In this document: piece after piece, positions 14,387 to 24,596 of the stretch
Position numbering within the stretch: position 1 is the first letter of the stretch
Layout: each line of letters starts with the position of its first letter
Virus record (IMG/VR): IMGVR_UViG_3300020043_003830
Location: 1 to 24,845 of that record
From: a virus
Taxonomy: Duplodnaviria > Caudoviricetes
Length of the DNA stretch: 24,845 nucleotides
Reading direction: 5' to 3' (one strand)
The notes under the pieces: model-generated
What the model saw: only the letters and a program-made list of their open reading frames with translations
Told to the model about the DNA's origin: nothing
Database searches by the model: none
Translations under genes and position numbers: made by a program

Positions 14387-14562
14387 ACCAAGTGTTAGGA
14401 CGCTACGGTTGGTATCACTTGTTTATGGAAGCCTGCGGGCGCGATATAACAAAGTTAGACGCAATTACCGCAAAATCAGCGTGGGAGATATTTACATTTA
14501 TGACTTACCTAATTGATTATAATTATGTCGAACGTACAAAGCTACAACGCCTTAATCGATAG
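14272..14562 (+). CDS. -1 frameshift extension of tail assembly chaperone (gpT-like part of gpGT)
   Basis: Open -1 frame from T9 (14271-79) to TAG 14562: FFDFTQRTKQHFARLF...RYGWYHLFMEACGRDITKLDAITAKSAWEIFTFMTYLID... Confidence 0.8.
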   Translation, partial: FFFDFTQRTKQHFARLFGERDTEIDGGIDGAIEDRDNLNQVLGRYGWYHLFMEACGRDITKLDAITAKSAWEIFTFMTYLIDYNYVERTKLQRLNR

Positions 14563-16864
14563 ATTCCACGCCTTCGCGTCGGGACACTTTATATTAAAAA
14601 GATTTTCACACGGACAAATCGAGGTATCCGACTTAGAAAAGTTTGGCGAATACCCATTCATGCACGTCGTGCCTTCCAACGTGACGTACTCAAAAGGAAT
14701 GAAGACTTTTAGTTTTCAGATTGTCCTTGCTGACCTTCCACGCGACAAAGAGGATAAGCCCGAATACCAACGCGAAGTTCTTTCTGACCTTCAACGAATC
14801 GCAGAAGATTTAGTTGCGGAAATTACAAACCACCGCGTTCTGTTTGGCGACTTAATCACAGTACAAAACGTAAGTCTTGAGCCATTCCTCGAAGAGTTTC
14901 AACACACGCTAACGGGTTGGACGGTTAGTTTAGATTTGCTTGTCCCTTACTATTGGGACGCGTGCAGCATACCTGCCGAATGGAACGACTTCTTCGAATC
15001 TTCAACAGGTGGCACAGGATCAATCTTGACCTTCATTGATTCAATCACACGCGATGCAAACGGAAATGTTTCTTTAGTGAACGACGAAGCCGAACCTTCG
15101 CCTAACTACTACTACGGAACGGACGACGAAGGTGTACGCGGTTGGTATCTTTTAGATACAGGTGGTGGGTTGACGTGCGAAACAATAGGAGACTGTCAAA
15201 CAATAATAGATATTGAAAGCGCAATAGACGCACTTCAAACCGAAATACTTTTGAAGGCAAACACTGCCGACATAAGCGCGGTTGGTTTCTCGAATGATTA
15301 CAACGACTTAGACAACAAACCAACCATTCCTTCATTGACGGGTTACGTTCCTTACACGGGCGCAACGGATAATGTCGATTTAGGTAGCTTCAATTTAACA
15401 GCCGATCATATAACGTTAAACGTTAGTCCTTCTGGTCCTGGATATGTTGTTGGTTCAACGGAATGGAACAATACAATCGGAAGTTCACAAACGTTGTTGA
15501 AAGGCGGTAACGTCTCTTTAAAGAACGGTGTCGATTTAGTCGCGCGAATAGTGAATAAAGTAACTCCAAACACCACGCTAACGAAAGCAGCTTATCAGGC
15601 GGTTAGAATCAGCGGTGCGCAGGGTGGACGTTTGGCGGTTGCGTTAGCGCAAGCAAACAACGACAACAATTCAGCCGACACAATAGGAATAGTTTGCGAA
15701 ACAATAGCAACGAATCAAGAAGGTTTTATCCTAACTGTTGGACAACTTGAAAACATCAATACAACGGGTTCGCTTCAGGGCGAAACGTGGGCGGACGGCG
15801 ACGTTCTTTATTTGTCGCCAACGACAGCGGGAGCATTGACGAATATAAAGCCAACAGGCGCAACGGGACACATTGTTGTTGTTGGTTACGTTGAATACGC
15901 TCACGCGAATAACGGTTCGATTTACGTCAAGGTTATGAACGGTTGGGAGTTGGACGAATTGCACAACGTGTATATTTCTTCGCCTGCAAATAACGAGGTC
16001 TTGACTTACGAAAGTTCAACGTCTTTGTGGAAGAACAAGACGGTTGCAACGGCACTCGGTTACACTCCCGAAAACACAGCTAACAAACAGAACTCATTAG
16101 CAGTAGATGGCACAGGAGTTAAATTCCCTACGGTGGATGCTGTGAATACTCAGTCAATGATTGATAAGGGAAAAAGGATGCTTTCTTATTTCTTTGATTT
16201 TATCGGCCCAGTTGCAACTTTAGACGGTCTTCAAACTTCAGTAAGTGGTGGTAACATTAGCCATATAGCAGGTGGTTCAATTCCTCAACGCACAGTTAAT
16301 CAGCAAGGTGTTGTTTTTTACACAACGGCAGCGGTAGCTACTAATTATGCTTACCATATAAACAACTCAACCGTACAACTTTCTTTTGGCGGTGGTGTTT
16401 GGAACTTTGAAACATCAATAAATATAAGTGTATTAAGTAGCGTCACGGATAGATATAGAACTATTCATGGATTTGGTTCAATAGGAGCAAATGTTAATAG
16501 TATAGAAACAGACGGAGTGTTTTTAACTTACGACGAAGGCGGAACTTTAAACGGAACGGCATCGAGTCCGAATTGGCAATGCGTAACCGTTGCAAATAGT
16601 GTTCGTACACTTACTACAACTTCAACAGCCGTAACAGCGGGAGCGTGGCATAAATTGAGAATTGAGATTAATGCAGCGGGTACTTCCGTAGGTTTTTATT
16701 TGAATGGAACTTTACTCGCAACGCACACAACGAACATTCCTTTGTTTTCAAATTCACGTTATGTAATTATGAAACAAGGAATAGCGAAAACAATAGGCAC
16801 AACGGCACGAACAATGTTTTGCGATTATATCGGTTACGAAAATATCTTAACAACTTCAAGATAA
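14525..16864 (+). CDS. virion protein: N-terminal tail-completion/terminator-like domain fused to a fibre-like extension
   Basis: First ~150 aa alpha/beta domain (YPFMHVVP, FSFQIVLAD, LEPFLEE, GW...L); then fibre motifs SNDYNDLDNKPTIP, YVPYTGAT, LDELHNV, LGYTP; C-terminal beta-sandwich (WHKLRIEIN...FYLNGTL). Confidence 0.7.
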   Translation: MSNVQSYNALIDRFHAFASGHFILKRFSHGQIEVSDLEKFGEYPFMHVVPSNVTYSKGMKTFSFQIVLADLPRDKEDKPEYQREVLSDLQRIAEDLVAEITNHRVLFGDLITVQNVSLEPFLEEFQHTLTGWTVSLDLLVPYYWDACSIPAEWNDFFESSTGGTGSILTFIDSITRDANGNVSLVNDEAEPSPNYYYGTDDEGVRGWYLLDTGGGLTCETIGDCQTIIDIESAIDALQTEILLKANTADISAVGFSNDYNDLDNKPTIPSLTGYVPYTGATDNVDLGSFNLTADHITLNVSPSGPGYVVGSTEWNNTIGSSQTLLKGGNVSLKNGVDLVARIVNKVTPNTTLTKAAYQAVRISGAQGGRLAVALAQANNDNNSADTIGIVCETIATNQEGFILTVGQLENINTTGSLQGETWADGDVLYLSPTTAGALTNIKPTGATGHIVVVGYVEYAHANNGSIYVKVMNGWELDELHNVYISSPANNEVLTYESSTSLWKNKTVATALGYTPENTANKQNSLAVDGTGVKFPTVDAVNTQSMIDKGKRMLSYFFDFIGPVATLDGLQTSVSGGNISHIAGGSIPQRTVNQQGVVFYTTAAVATNYAYHINNSTVQLSFGGGVWNFETSINISVLSSVTDRYRTIHGFGSIGANVNSIETDGVFLTYDEGGTLNGTASSPNWQCVTVANSVRTLTTTSTAVTAGAWHKLRIEINAAGTSVGFYLNGTLLATHTTNIPLFSNSRYVIMKQGIAKTIGTTARTMFCDYIGYENILTTSR

Positions 16865-16986
16865 TGACACTAACTAAATACCGAATGATTACCGAGAATG
16901 GGTATATCGAAACGCTCAACGAACAAGAAGCTATTGAGTGGGGAAACTATCAAACAATAACAGAAGAAGTTCCTGACAATGGCTAA
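16864..16986 (+). CDS. 40-aa hypothetical protein, possible fibre chaperone (not in ORF track)
   Basis: MTLTKYRMITENGYIETLNEQEAIEWGNYQTITEEVPDNG*; TAATG-coupled. Confidence 0.65.
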   Translation: MTLTKYRMITENGYIETLNEQEAIEWGNYQTITEEVPDNG

Positions 16987-17518
16987 CGAATCGAGCGCGC
17001 CAAACTTCTTCGCTGTTGTAAACGACATGGCTAAACGCTTTGTCGAGTTGATGCAGTCCGACTATCGTATGAAACGAAAAGTAGGACGCAACTATACCAA
17101 CGCGGTTGCAAGTGGAACGCTCGAAAAGTCTTTGAAATACAGACTACAAATAAAAGGATCTTCGATAAACATTTCGATATACGCGAAAGGCAAAGCGTCG
17201 CAGTATTTTCTTGCAAGGGAGAACGGAAGAAAGCCAGGGAAACAACCGCCTGTTGATGCGATTCTTCAATGGATGCGAATAAAACCTATTAAGCTACGAG
17301 ATAAGGAAAGCGGTAAATTTAAAAAATCAACCGAAGAATTAAAAAGACAAGTAGCGTTCTTAATTGCTCGTAAGATAGGGCGCGAAGGAATAAAAGGTTG
17401 GAAAGCATTTGACTACGCATACGAAAACATTTGGGACGAATACGAATCGAAGGTGGTCGCAGCTTATGAGAAAGACTTTACAGCATCAATAGAAAATCAA
17501 TTTAACGATATACAATAA
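16979..17518 (+). CDS. neck/tail completion protein (HK97 gp10-like)
   Basis: ASGTLEKSL, GRKPGKQPP..AI..W, AFLIARKI...GIK; basic. Confidence 0.65.
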   Translation: MANESSAPNFFAVVNDMAKRFVELMQSDYRMKRKVGRNYTNAVASGTLEKSLKYRLQIKGSSINISIYAKGKASQYFLARENGRKPGKQPPVDAILQWMRIKPIKLRDKESGKFKKSTEELKRQVAFLIARKIGREGIKGWKAFDYAYENIWDEYESKVVAAYEKDFTASIENQFNDIQ

Positions 17519-18756
17519 TGGCAATTACAATAAACGACCAACCATACGAATACACACCCATAGGGCAACGGCTTATGCTCGTTGCATCTTCAACTAACGT
17601 TGCTAACGCAGGCTTTCGTTTCGTGTTCGACTTCGGTTCGTTCCAAGTGAACGTACAACCTAACGCAAGCGGAAAGGGAATCTTAGACCTTGCGCCTATC
17701 TTTCGTGAACAACTGCAACATAAAGAAAATTGTCATTTAATAGATGGCAATGATGTTGAATACGATAGTGTTGCAAATATATCTTGCACAATCAAAGAAG
17801 GTTGGCTTGTGGACGGAGTATTCACGGTTAGCGGTTCGGGAATGGCTACTATCGACGACGTGTACGCGTTCCTTGCTGAATATCAAGTAAGCGACGGATA
17901 CAAACCAAACCCAAACACACGCTATGCGTTAGACGGAACAACAAAGTATTTAATGAGCGAAAGAACGAAGGACACTCACAAGTGGATTGAAGCACCAGCA
18001 CGAGGACTATCTAACGAATACGTTTATATTCCTACGCGAATGAGCGATTGGGGTGCAATGTATGCGCCTTCATCTACTGCTTTGCTAACAGATAATGACT
18101 TCGATATTGCTGTTATTACAACATACGACGCAACAAATACAATAGTTGAAAATTATAAATTTGATTTATATAGTGATAATAATGGAGTAAATTATTTCGC
18201 TGCTAATCCTTCTAATTTAATCTCATTCGGTTTAGATTTTACCAATGTCAAATACTACACTATACAAATTGGAAAAGAAACAGCCTTTCCTATTTACACA
18301 CCTTCTTCACGCGTCTATTGTTTCTATATTGTTCCTGACGATTGTCGTTTTGACAATGTTCGTTTGGGTTGGTCGAATACTTGCGGTGGTGTGGATTACT
18401 TCAACTTCACGAAGAAGTCGGAGCTATCGTACAACTACGATCGTAAGCAATATCAAAAAGTAGTTGGAAGTTACAACGCTTCGTCGTTCAACTTCAACAC
18501 GTCGGACAGGGGCACAACGGATCGTTATGTAACAACAACGAAAGGACTTCAAATAAATAGCGACTGGGTAAGCGTTGGAGAATTTCAACTACTTCAAACG
18601 CTTTGCCGTTCAAACGATGTCTTTATAATTAACGACGACGGAACAACAACGCCTGTTCTCGTAGACACTCAGAACTTTATTATTAAAGACGAACGCTATT
18701 CAAAACTTTACAACGTTACTTTGAATCTTAAATACTCACAACCTGTCGGCTTATGA
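17518..18756 (+). CDS. tail structural protein (distal tail/baseplate-like)
   Basis: Beta-rich; C-terminal W.N..GG.DYF.F, NSDWV...E...L..L..S..V motif of Bacteroidota phage tail proteins. Confidence 0.6.
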   Translation: MAITINDQPYEYTPIGQRLMLVASSTNVANAGFRFVFDFGSFQVNVQPNASGKGILDLAPIFREQLQHKENCHLIDGNDVEYDSVANISCTIKEGWLVDGVFTVSGSGMATIDDVYAFLAEYQVSDGYKPNPNTRYALDGTTKYLMSERTKDTHKWIEAPARGLSNEYVYIPTRMSDWGAMYAPSSTALLTDNDFDIAVITTYDATNTIVENYKFDLYSDNNGVNYFAANPSNLISFGLDFTNVKYYTIQIGKETAFPIYTPSSRVYCFYIVPDDCRFDNVRLGWSNTCGGVDYFNFTKKSELSYNYDRKQYQKVVGSYNASSFNFNTSDRGTTDRYVTTTKGLQINSDWVSVGEFQLLQTLCRSNDVFIINDDGTTTPVLVDTQNFIIKDERYSKLYNVTLNLKYSQPVGL

Positions 18757-21386
18757 TGAACCAAGTAATTCTAACGCTTACTGACAACGACGGAAACAGT
18801 GCTATTCTCGACCTTTACGAGAACGAGAAAATGCACTTCAATTATAAGTTTACCGACATTACAGACTTCGCTTCTGTGGGCAATTACTCACAGGAGTTTC
18901 GCGTGCCTGCGTCAAAGACAAACACGGATTTCTTTGGTGCTATATTCAATGTGAATTTCGACGGTTGGTTTGACTTTCGAAAGAAGGTTGAAGCGGTGCT
19001 AACAGTAAACACAATACCCATCGCAAGCGGACACATACAGGTTAAAAAATTGTATTGGCAAAGTGGTAAGCTGTTCGAATTTGAAATTGTATTCTTTGGC
19101 GAAGTACCGAACCTTGCAAGACTATTAAATGAAAAGAAACTTAAAGATATTGAATCGATTGTCGCAGGTGATTTGGACTACGATTTACTTCATGAATATG
19201 TTGAAACACCACCTAACGAACATACGATTTTAACGCTATGCGACAAATGGAATTTAACAGCGTCTAATCCACTTGGACAGCCCATTTATTGGAACGATGA
19301 ACTGGCTTTACGCGTTGGTCAATTAACGCCCGCTGTTAAGGCTAAATACTTGTTCGATCAAATAATGAACGACGCAGGCTTGCAATATCAAAGTAATGTT
19401 TTACACGAATGTTTAGATAACGTGTATGTTCCTTTTGTGAACGGTCAGTATTTGAATAGTTCTGTTGGATTAAATGACTTCGCTTCAAACCTTGGTCTTG
19501 CGTCTAACCTTAACAATATAGCGTTCGCAAACAATAACAAATTTTATAACATATACCCAAATTTTACTGAGTATGAAGATGCAGGTAGTGATTGGGTAAG
19601 TGGAATTTATACAGCCCCATTCACAGGAGATTTCACTTTCAAATGTTGGATGAACGGACAAGCTACTTCAACAGGCGGTACAAACATTAGTGTTGTTTTA
19701 TTTGGTTTTGTTGTAAAAATTAACGATGTCTTTTTTACAGAACAAGACACTATAATTTATTCTTACGGAAACAGCACAACAAACGATTTAAGTACAACGG
19801 GAAATATCACTCTTTCTTTAGTTCAAGGTGATGAAGTGAAATTCATATTTGCAGCCGAGCCATTTACAACAGGCAACGGAACAATGGAAATTGATTTTAC
19901 AGGAAATGCAAACGTTGATTATTTAGGAACTGGAGTTGAACTTATAAGCGTTGGAACGTCTTTAATAGGCGACACGGTGTTAATGGAGTTCAACGCACCA
20001 GATATGAAGCAAATCGATTTTATCACGTCGATTCAAAAGATGTTCAACCTCGTTTTCGTTGCTGACAAAACGCTTCCGAATACGCTTCGAATAGAACCAA
20101 TGGTCGACTACATCGCAAGCGGAAATACGCTCGACTGGTCGAACAAACTTGACTTATCGAAAGACATTACTTACTATCCAACAACCGACCTTCAAAAGTC
20201 TAAATTTACTTTTACTTACGCGAGTGATTCAGACTATTTCAATTCGTTGTATACCGATAACGGGCGCACATACGGAAGTTATGAAGTAACGGAAAACGAT
20301 TTCGAAGTAATTAACGAGTTTGCAACGGGCGAAGAAAAGGTTGAACTTGCGTTCGCGTCCACACCTTCCGCGCCTGTTGAAAATACAGACGTCGTTGTTC
20401 CGCGATTCATCAATTCAGAAGGTCAATTCGTTCAACCTAAACCGCGTATTCTTTATTACTTCGCAGACTTCTTTGTAAGCATTTGGAACGAGGCAACAAG
20501 TAGCGTTCAAACAACAGCGGTAAAATGTTTGAATAACTATTCGACAATGAACGCAACGGTATCCGACAAAGACTTAAACTTCGCGCCCGAAATACCACCG
20601 CACACAATAATAGCGAACCCATACGAGAACCTTTATAATCGTTATTGGCGTAACTATTACCGCGAACTTTACGACGGACAAGCGCGCATCTTAGAAGGAA
20701 TGTTTGCACTTACTTTGAACGACATTTTCACATTTCAATTCAGCGACAAAATTTGGATTATTGATTCGTGGTGGCGCGTTCTTGAAATCAACGGTTACGT
20801 TGTTGGTGAACAAGACATGACAAGTGTAAAACTCATTCGTGTTCTTGACATAAATAACGACTGCGATATTATACCCGTGTCGGCTAACTTAGACCAAACG
20901 TTGAATTGGGAAACTCCAAACGGAGATCCCGCAACAATAGATGAAACTTGTTGTTTGCGTTTTGGCTACAATTGGAACAGCGCAAAAAACAATTGCTATT
21001 CACAGCCCAACGGTGGCACGCGTGCGTTCATTACTTCACAACCGCCTTCGTTAGCACCTACTAAATTTGGCGCACCTGTGACGTTCAACGCTTCAACGAC
21101 GCAACCCATTAAGACAATAACGACAGACTACGTTATAACCAATGCAGACCGCGTGGTAATAGCCGACGAAACAGCGGGTAACATAACGGTTTATTTGCCT
21201 TCATCAACTACTACAACAGGACGCGAAATAATCATTCAAAATAAAACAGGCGTTAACGATGTAACAATAACGCCTTACACAGGCGAATACATCAACGGAA
21301 GCCTTTCTTTAGTTCTAACAAACGCAAGACAAACAGTAACACTAATTAGCGATGGAACAGATTTCACAACAACAACTGCAAAATAA
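18753..21386 (+). CDS. large tail tip/baseplate hub protein
   Basis: LDLY..E, DITD....GNYSQEF.VP.SK.N, KMFNL, IEP..DY, DWS.KLD, PRILY, NLYN.YW; C-terminal small beta domain. Confidence 0.7.
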   Translation: MMNQVILTLTDNDGNSAILDLYENEKMHFNYKFTDITDFASVGNYSQEFRVPASKTNTDFFGAIFNVNFDGWFDFRKKVEAVLTVNTIPIASGHIQVKKLYWQSGKLFEFEIVFFGEVPNLARLLNEKKLKDIESIVAGDLDYDLLHEYVETPPNEHTILTLCDKWNLTASNPLGQPIYWNDELALRVGQLTPAVKAKYLFDQIMNDAGLQYQSNVLHECLDNVYVPFVNGQYLNSSVGLNDFASNLGLASNLNNIAFANNNKFYNIYPNFTEYEDAGSDWVSGIYTAPFTGDFTFKCWMNGQATSTGGTNISVVLFGFVVKINDVFFTEQDTIIYSYGNSTTNDLSTTGNITLSLVQGDEVKFIFAAEPFTTGNGTMEIDFTGNANVDYLGTGVELISVGTSLIGDTVLMEFNAPDMKQIDFITSIQKMFNLVFVADKTLPNTLRIEPMVDYIASGNTLDWSNKLDLSKDITYYPTTDLQKSKFTFTYASDSDYFNSLYTDNGRTYGSYEVTENDFEVINEFATGEEKVELAFASTPSAPVENTDVVVPRFINSEGQFVQPKPRILYYFADFFVSIWNEATSSVQTTAVKCLNNYSTMNATVSDKDLNFAPEIPPHTIIANPYENLYNRYWRNYYRELYDGQARILEGMFALTLNDIFTFQFSDKIWIIDSWWRVLEINGYVVGEQDMTSVKLIRVLDINNDCDIIPVSANLDQTLNWETPNGDPATIDETCCLRFGYNWNSAKNNCYSQPNGGTRAFITSQPPSLAPTKFGAPVTFNASTTQPIKTITTDYVITNADRVVIADETAGNITVYLPSSTTTTGREIIIQNKTGVNDVTITPYTGEYINGSLSLVLTNARQTVTLISDGTDFTTTTAK

Positions 21387-21396
21387 AGCAAACGAA

Positions 21397-21570
21397 ATGC
21401 TCGCTTGTTTAGAGTTCATTAAGTTGGACGTTAAAAGCGAAAGCGATTTCGGAAAGGTAGCTAACGGAAAACGCAAACTAAAACTTTGGAAACATTACGG
21501 AATGAAAGTTATTCGTATTTCGGTAAACGTGGCGTTTTGGATATTTATCTTATATAACATCTTTAGCTAA
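21397..21570 (+). CDS. small protein with C-terminal TM
   Basis: MLACLEFIKL...GKVANGKRKL...VAFWIFILYNIFS; TAATG-coupled to the tape measure gene. Confidence 0.6.
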   Translation: MLACLEFIKLDVKSESDFGKVANGKRKLKLWKHYGMKVIRISVNVAFWIFILYNIFS

Positions 21571-23426
21571 TGGCAAACACAATAGATTTTAATGTAAGCA
21601 CGAACGCGGTTACTGTCCTCAATCAAACAACAACAGCCGCAGATAATACTGCAAAAGGTTTTAAGAGCGCAAAACAAGAACTTCGCGCGCTTCAAAATCA
21701 GTTGCTCGAAATGGATCAGACAAGTGCTGAATTCAAGAAAGCGTCCGCGCGTGCTGCTGAGTTGAAGGATAACATTTCCGACTTAGGCGCGGAAATTAAC
21801 GCAAACGCGGGTAATGCTTTTGAAGGTCTTTCGAATAACGTCGGATTGTTCGGTTCGCGTCTAATGGACTTAGACTTAAAAGGAGCAGGTCAAGCGTTAG
21901 CGGGTATGGGTGTTGCTGTGTCAAAGATTGATTTTAAGACAATCAAAGAAGAAATCGGTGGGTTGATTCAAGGACTTGGAAAACTTGCAAAAGCGGTACT
22001 TGCAAACCCTTATTTGATGTTAGCCGCAGCGGTCGCTTTAATAGTTGCAAACTTCGATACAATCATTAAACAATTTCCAGCCATTGAAAAAGGGCTTACA
22101 GGCATTAATGAAGAAGAGCGCAAGATGTTGGAAACTCAAACCAAACGCGCTGAAGTTGCAAAAAAGAATTACGAAAACCTTGTCGCGAGTGAAAATGTTT
22201 TAAAACTTCAAGGAAAGACCGAAAAGGAAATTCGCGACATGAAAATTGCATCTATTGAAGCTGCATTAAAGGAAGCGAAAGTAAGACTTGACACTCAAAA
22301 GGGACAAGAAAAAGCGCAAATAGATACGGCTAAAAGAAACAGACAAATACTTGAAGGATTAATTCAATGGATTAACGCACCTTTAATTTTGTTACTTACA
22401 GCTGTTGATAAGATAGCAGGTGCAATAGGACAAAACACAAATTTAGCGCAAGGATTAACAACGTTAGTTGCTGACTTATTGATTGATCCAAAGCAACAAC
22501 AAGAAGAATTACAAAAGTCTTTTGCCGAACAAGAAAAGAACATTCTTGACATGGAAAACACGCTTGCTGGCTTCCGTTTAGAACAACAAAAAGCGGATAA
22601 GGATGCAAGAGACAAAAGAAAAAAAGAAGCCGACGACGCAGCAAAACAACAAAAAGAAAACGAAAAAAAGCAACAAGATGAGAAAGAGCGTTTGCAAAAA
22701 GAAGCGGACGACAAAGAACTTGAAAGACGTAAAAAGTTAGACGCTGACATGATGGCTGAAGATGACCACCTTCATGCAATTACTCTTGAAGATATTCAAA
22801 AAAGAGAAAAAGAAAAAAGAGACAAGAAGATTGCAGAGGAAATGCAAACGCATGCAGCCACAACAAGTTTAAGAGCTAAACAATCACAAGAAGAATTAGA
22901 CGCTTTAAGAGCCTTAGAAACATTAAAATCAGAAACAAGATTAAGACAATTTGGTGAGTCTTTAAATGCTTTAAGTGAATTAAACGATGCGTTTACAAAG
23001 AAGGGACAACAGCAATCGAAGAAACAGTTTCAAATTCAAAAAGCGTTGAACCTTGCGTCTGCGGTTGTAGATACTTACGGCGGTATCAATAGAGCGTTAA
23101 ACGATAAGACGATGCCTTCAACAACGGCGCGTATTATTCAGGCGTCAATCGTTGGAGCAATGGGGTTAGCTAACGTGTTGAAAATATCAAAGACCGAATA
23201 CGGAAATGCAAGCGCGCCTTCTGGAACAAATATGAGTACAACTGGCGGTAATAGTGGCGGTGGTGGCGGTGGTACGCAAGCTCCTTCGCCTGCGAACTTC
23301 GCGTTCTTAGGCATACAACCAAATCAACAACAACCACCTGTCCAGGCTTACGTCGTTGGAACGCAAGTGAGCAGCAACTTAGAAGCACAACAACTAATTC
23401 AAAACCAATCGCGTCTTGGCGGTTAA
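21570..23426 (+). CDS. tape measure protein
   Basis: Long Ala/Leu/Glu/Lys-rich helical protein with ANPY+hydrophobic segment, charged coiled coil, KKQF.IQKA.., Gly-rich linker and VQAYVV C-terminus. Confidence 0.75.
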   Translation: MANTIDFNVSTNAVTVLNQTTTAADNTAKGFKSAKQELRALQNQLLEMDQTSAEFKKASARAAELKDNISDLGAEINANAGNAFEGLSNNVGLFGSRLMDLDLKGAGQALAGMGVAVSKIDFKTIKEEIGGLIQGLGKLAKAVLANPYLMLAAAVALIVANFDTIIKQFPAIEKGLTGINEEERKMLETQTKRAEVAKKNYENLVASENVLKLQGKTEKEIRDMKIASIEAALKEAKVRLDTQKGQEKAQIDTAKRNRQILEGLIQWINAPLILLLTAVDKIAGAIGQNTNLAQGLTTLVADLLIDPKQQQEELQKSFAEQEKNILDMENTLAGFRLEQQKADKDARDKRKKEADDAAKQQKENEKKQQDEKERLQKEADDKELERRKKLDADMMAEDDHLHAITLEDIQKREKEKRDKKIAEEMQTHAATTSLRAKQSQEELDALRALETLKSETRLRQFGESLNALSELNDAFTKKGQQQSKKQFQIQKALNLASAVVDTYGGINRALNDKTMPSTTARIIQASIVGAMGLANVLKISKTEYGNASAPSGTNMSTTGGNSGGGGGGTQAPSPANFAFLGIQPNQQQPPVQAYVVGTQVSSNLEAQQLIQNQSRLGG

Positions 23427-23439
23427 AAAAATAAACAAT

Positions 23440-24345
23440 ATGAAAAAAATAAAAGTAATCGAATACGGAATCGACGACGCGGGGCTTCTTGGAGTTTACG
23501 CTATTTCTGTCGTAGAACAACCTGCAATTGGTGTTGATTTCGTAGCATTAAGCGAACAACACAACGTCAAGTTCAAAGAAGATTTTAGAGGACTTCTTTA
23601 CGGTGCGTTATTGATTCCTGACCAACTGATATACCGACGCAACGACGAAACGGACGAAGAATACTACGTTAAGTATTCGAAAGATACCATTCGCGCAATT
23701 GCTTACAACTATTTGAAACAGGCAAACCAAAACAACGCAACGGTTGAACACGCGAAAGTTGTTGACGGAGTGTCTTTGGTTGAAACGTGGATAATCGAAG
23801 GAGAGAATGACAAGAGTAAAAACTTCGGCTTCGACCTTCCCGAAGGAACGTGGTTTGGCTGCATGAAAGTAGAAAACGAAGAAGTAAAAAAACAGATTCA
23901 AAACAAAGAGGTTTTAGGTTTCTCAATCGAAGGAAATTTTATAGCTGAGAAAGAAATGTATTTGAGCGAACAACAACCAACGTTTATTGAAGAGTTAGAG
24001 CAGTTGCTAACGTTAGCTACGCAAGAAGAAATTGACGCGCGCTACGACGATTATATGAACGCGGTAAACATGACCTATTCAGAGTTGAAAGCATGGAGCG
24101 AAACGGAATGTTCTCAGTTGGCTTCGTTGGATCGTTCACCAATTGAGCGTAACCTTGAATTACTTCAAACGAACAAAGACCAATGGAATGAAAAACATTT
24201 CGAAGATGCGGGAAAGACAATTGCATTCATCAATCGTATGCGTGAGAATACAGCAGGCGACATCTTAGAAGATAGCAACGGGAATGTTTGCGGAAGCAAA
24301 AGAACAATTTCTCTTTTGAACTGGGCTTATAATCCAAACAAGTAA
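23440..24345 (+). CDS. XkdF-like prohead serine protease with C-terminal DUF3140-like domain
   Basis: AISVVEQPAI, GALLIPD.LIYR, ATVEH, VETWII, LPEGTW, GFSIEG; then VNMTYSELKAW...SLLNWAYNP. Confidence 0.8.
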   Translation: MKKIKVIEYGIDDAGLLGVYAISVVEQPAIGVDFVALSEQHNVKFKEDFRGLLYGALLIPDQLIYRRNDETDEEYYVKYSKDTIRAIAYNYLKQANQNNATVEHAKVVDGVSLVETWIIEGENDKSKNFGFDLPEGTWFGCMKVENEEVKKQIQNKEVLGFSIEGNFIAEKEMYLSEQQPTFIEELEQLLTLATQEEIDARYDDYMNAVNMTYSELKAWSETECSQLASLDRSPIERNLELLQTNKDQWNEKHFEDAGKTIAFINRMRENTAGDILEDSNGNVCGSKRTISLLNWAYNPNK

Positions 24346-24522
24346 ATGAATATCGAAGCAGGGGGTTTCTTAAAGTTGGAATTGTTCAACGACGACGCTA
24401 ACCTGTTTCTTCTTGCGCTCACGAAGATAACGAATGAGGGCGGTAAAATGGGTTTTAAGACGTACGGATTGAACGAAGATGAATTGAAGGTACTGAATAC
24501 TATTCTCGATTCTTTGGGATAA
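24346..24522 (+). CDS. 58-aa hypothetical protein (not in ORF track)
   Basis: MNIEAGGFLKLELFNDDANLFLLALTKITNEGGKMGFKTYGLNEDELKVLNTILDSLG*; abuts the protease stop. Confidence 0.65.
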   Translation: MNIEAGGFLKLELFNDDANLFLLALTKITNEGGKMGFKTYGLNEDELKVLNTILDSLG

Positions 24523-24550
24523 AAAAAACGGGGGTAATCACTCCCCCGTT
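24521..24550 (-). terminator. intrinsic terminator oriented for minus-strand transcription
   Basis: 8-bp stem AACGGGGG/CCCCCGTT with an A8 run on its left (U-tract on the minus strand) and no T-run on the right. Confidence 0.7.
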
Positions 24551-24596
24551 CAAACCTAAAAATCAAATTCAACTTATGAAAAATCGAATTACGAAA

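Noticed and set aside
22364-22779. Two 127-128-aa minus-strand ORFs in the tape measure gene
   Set aside because: Typical antisense shadows of Lys/Glu-rich coiled-coil codons.
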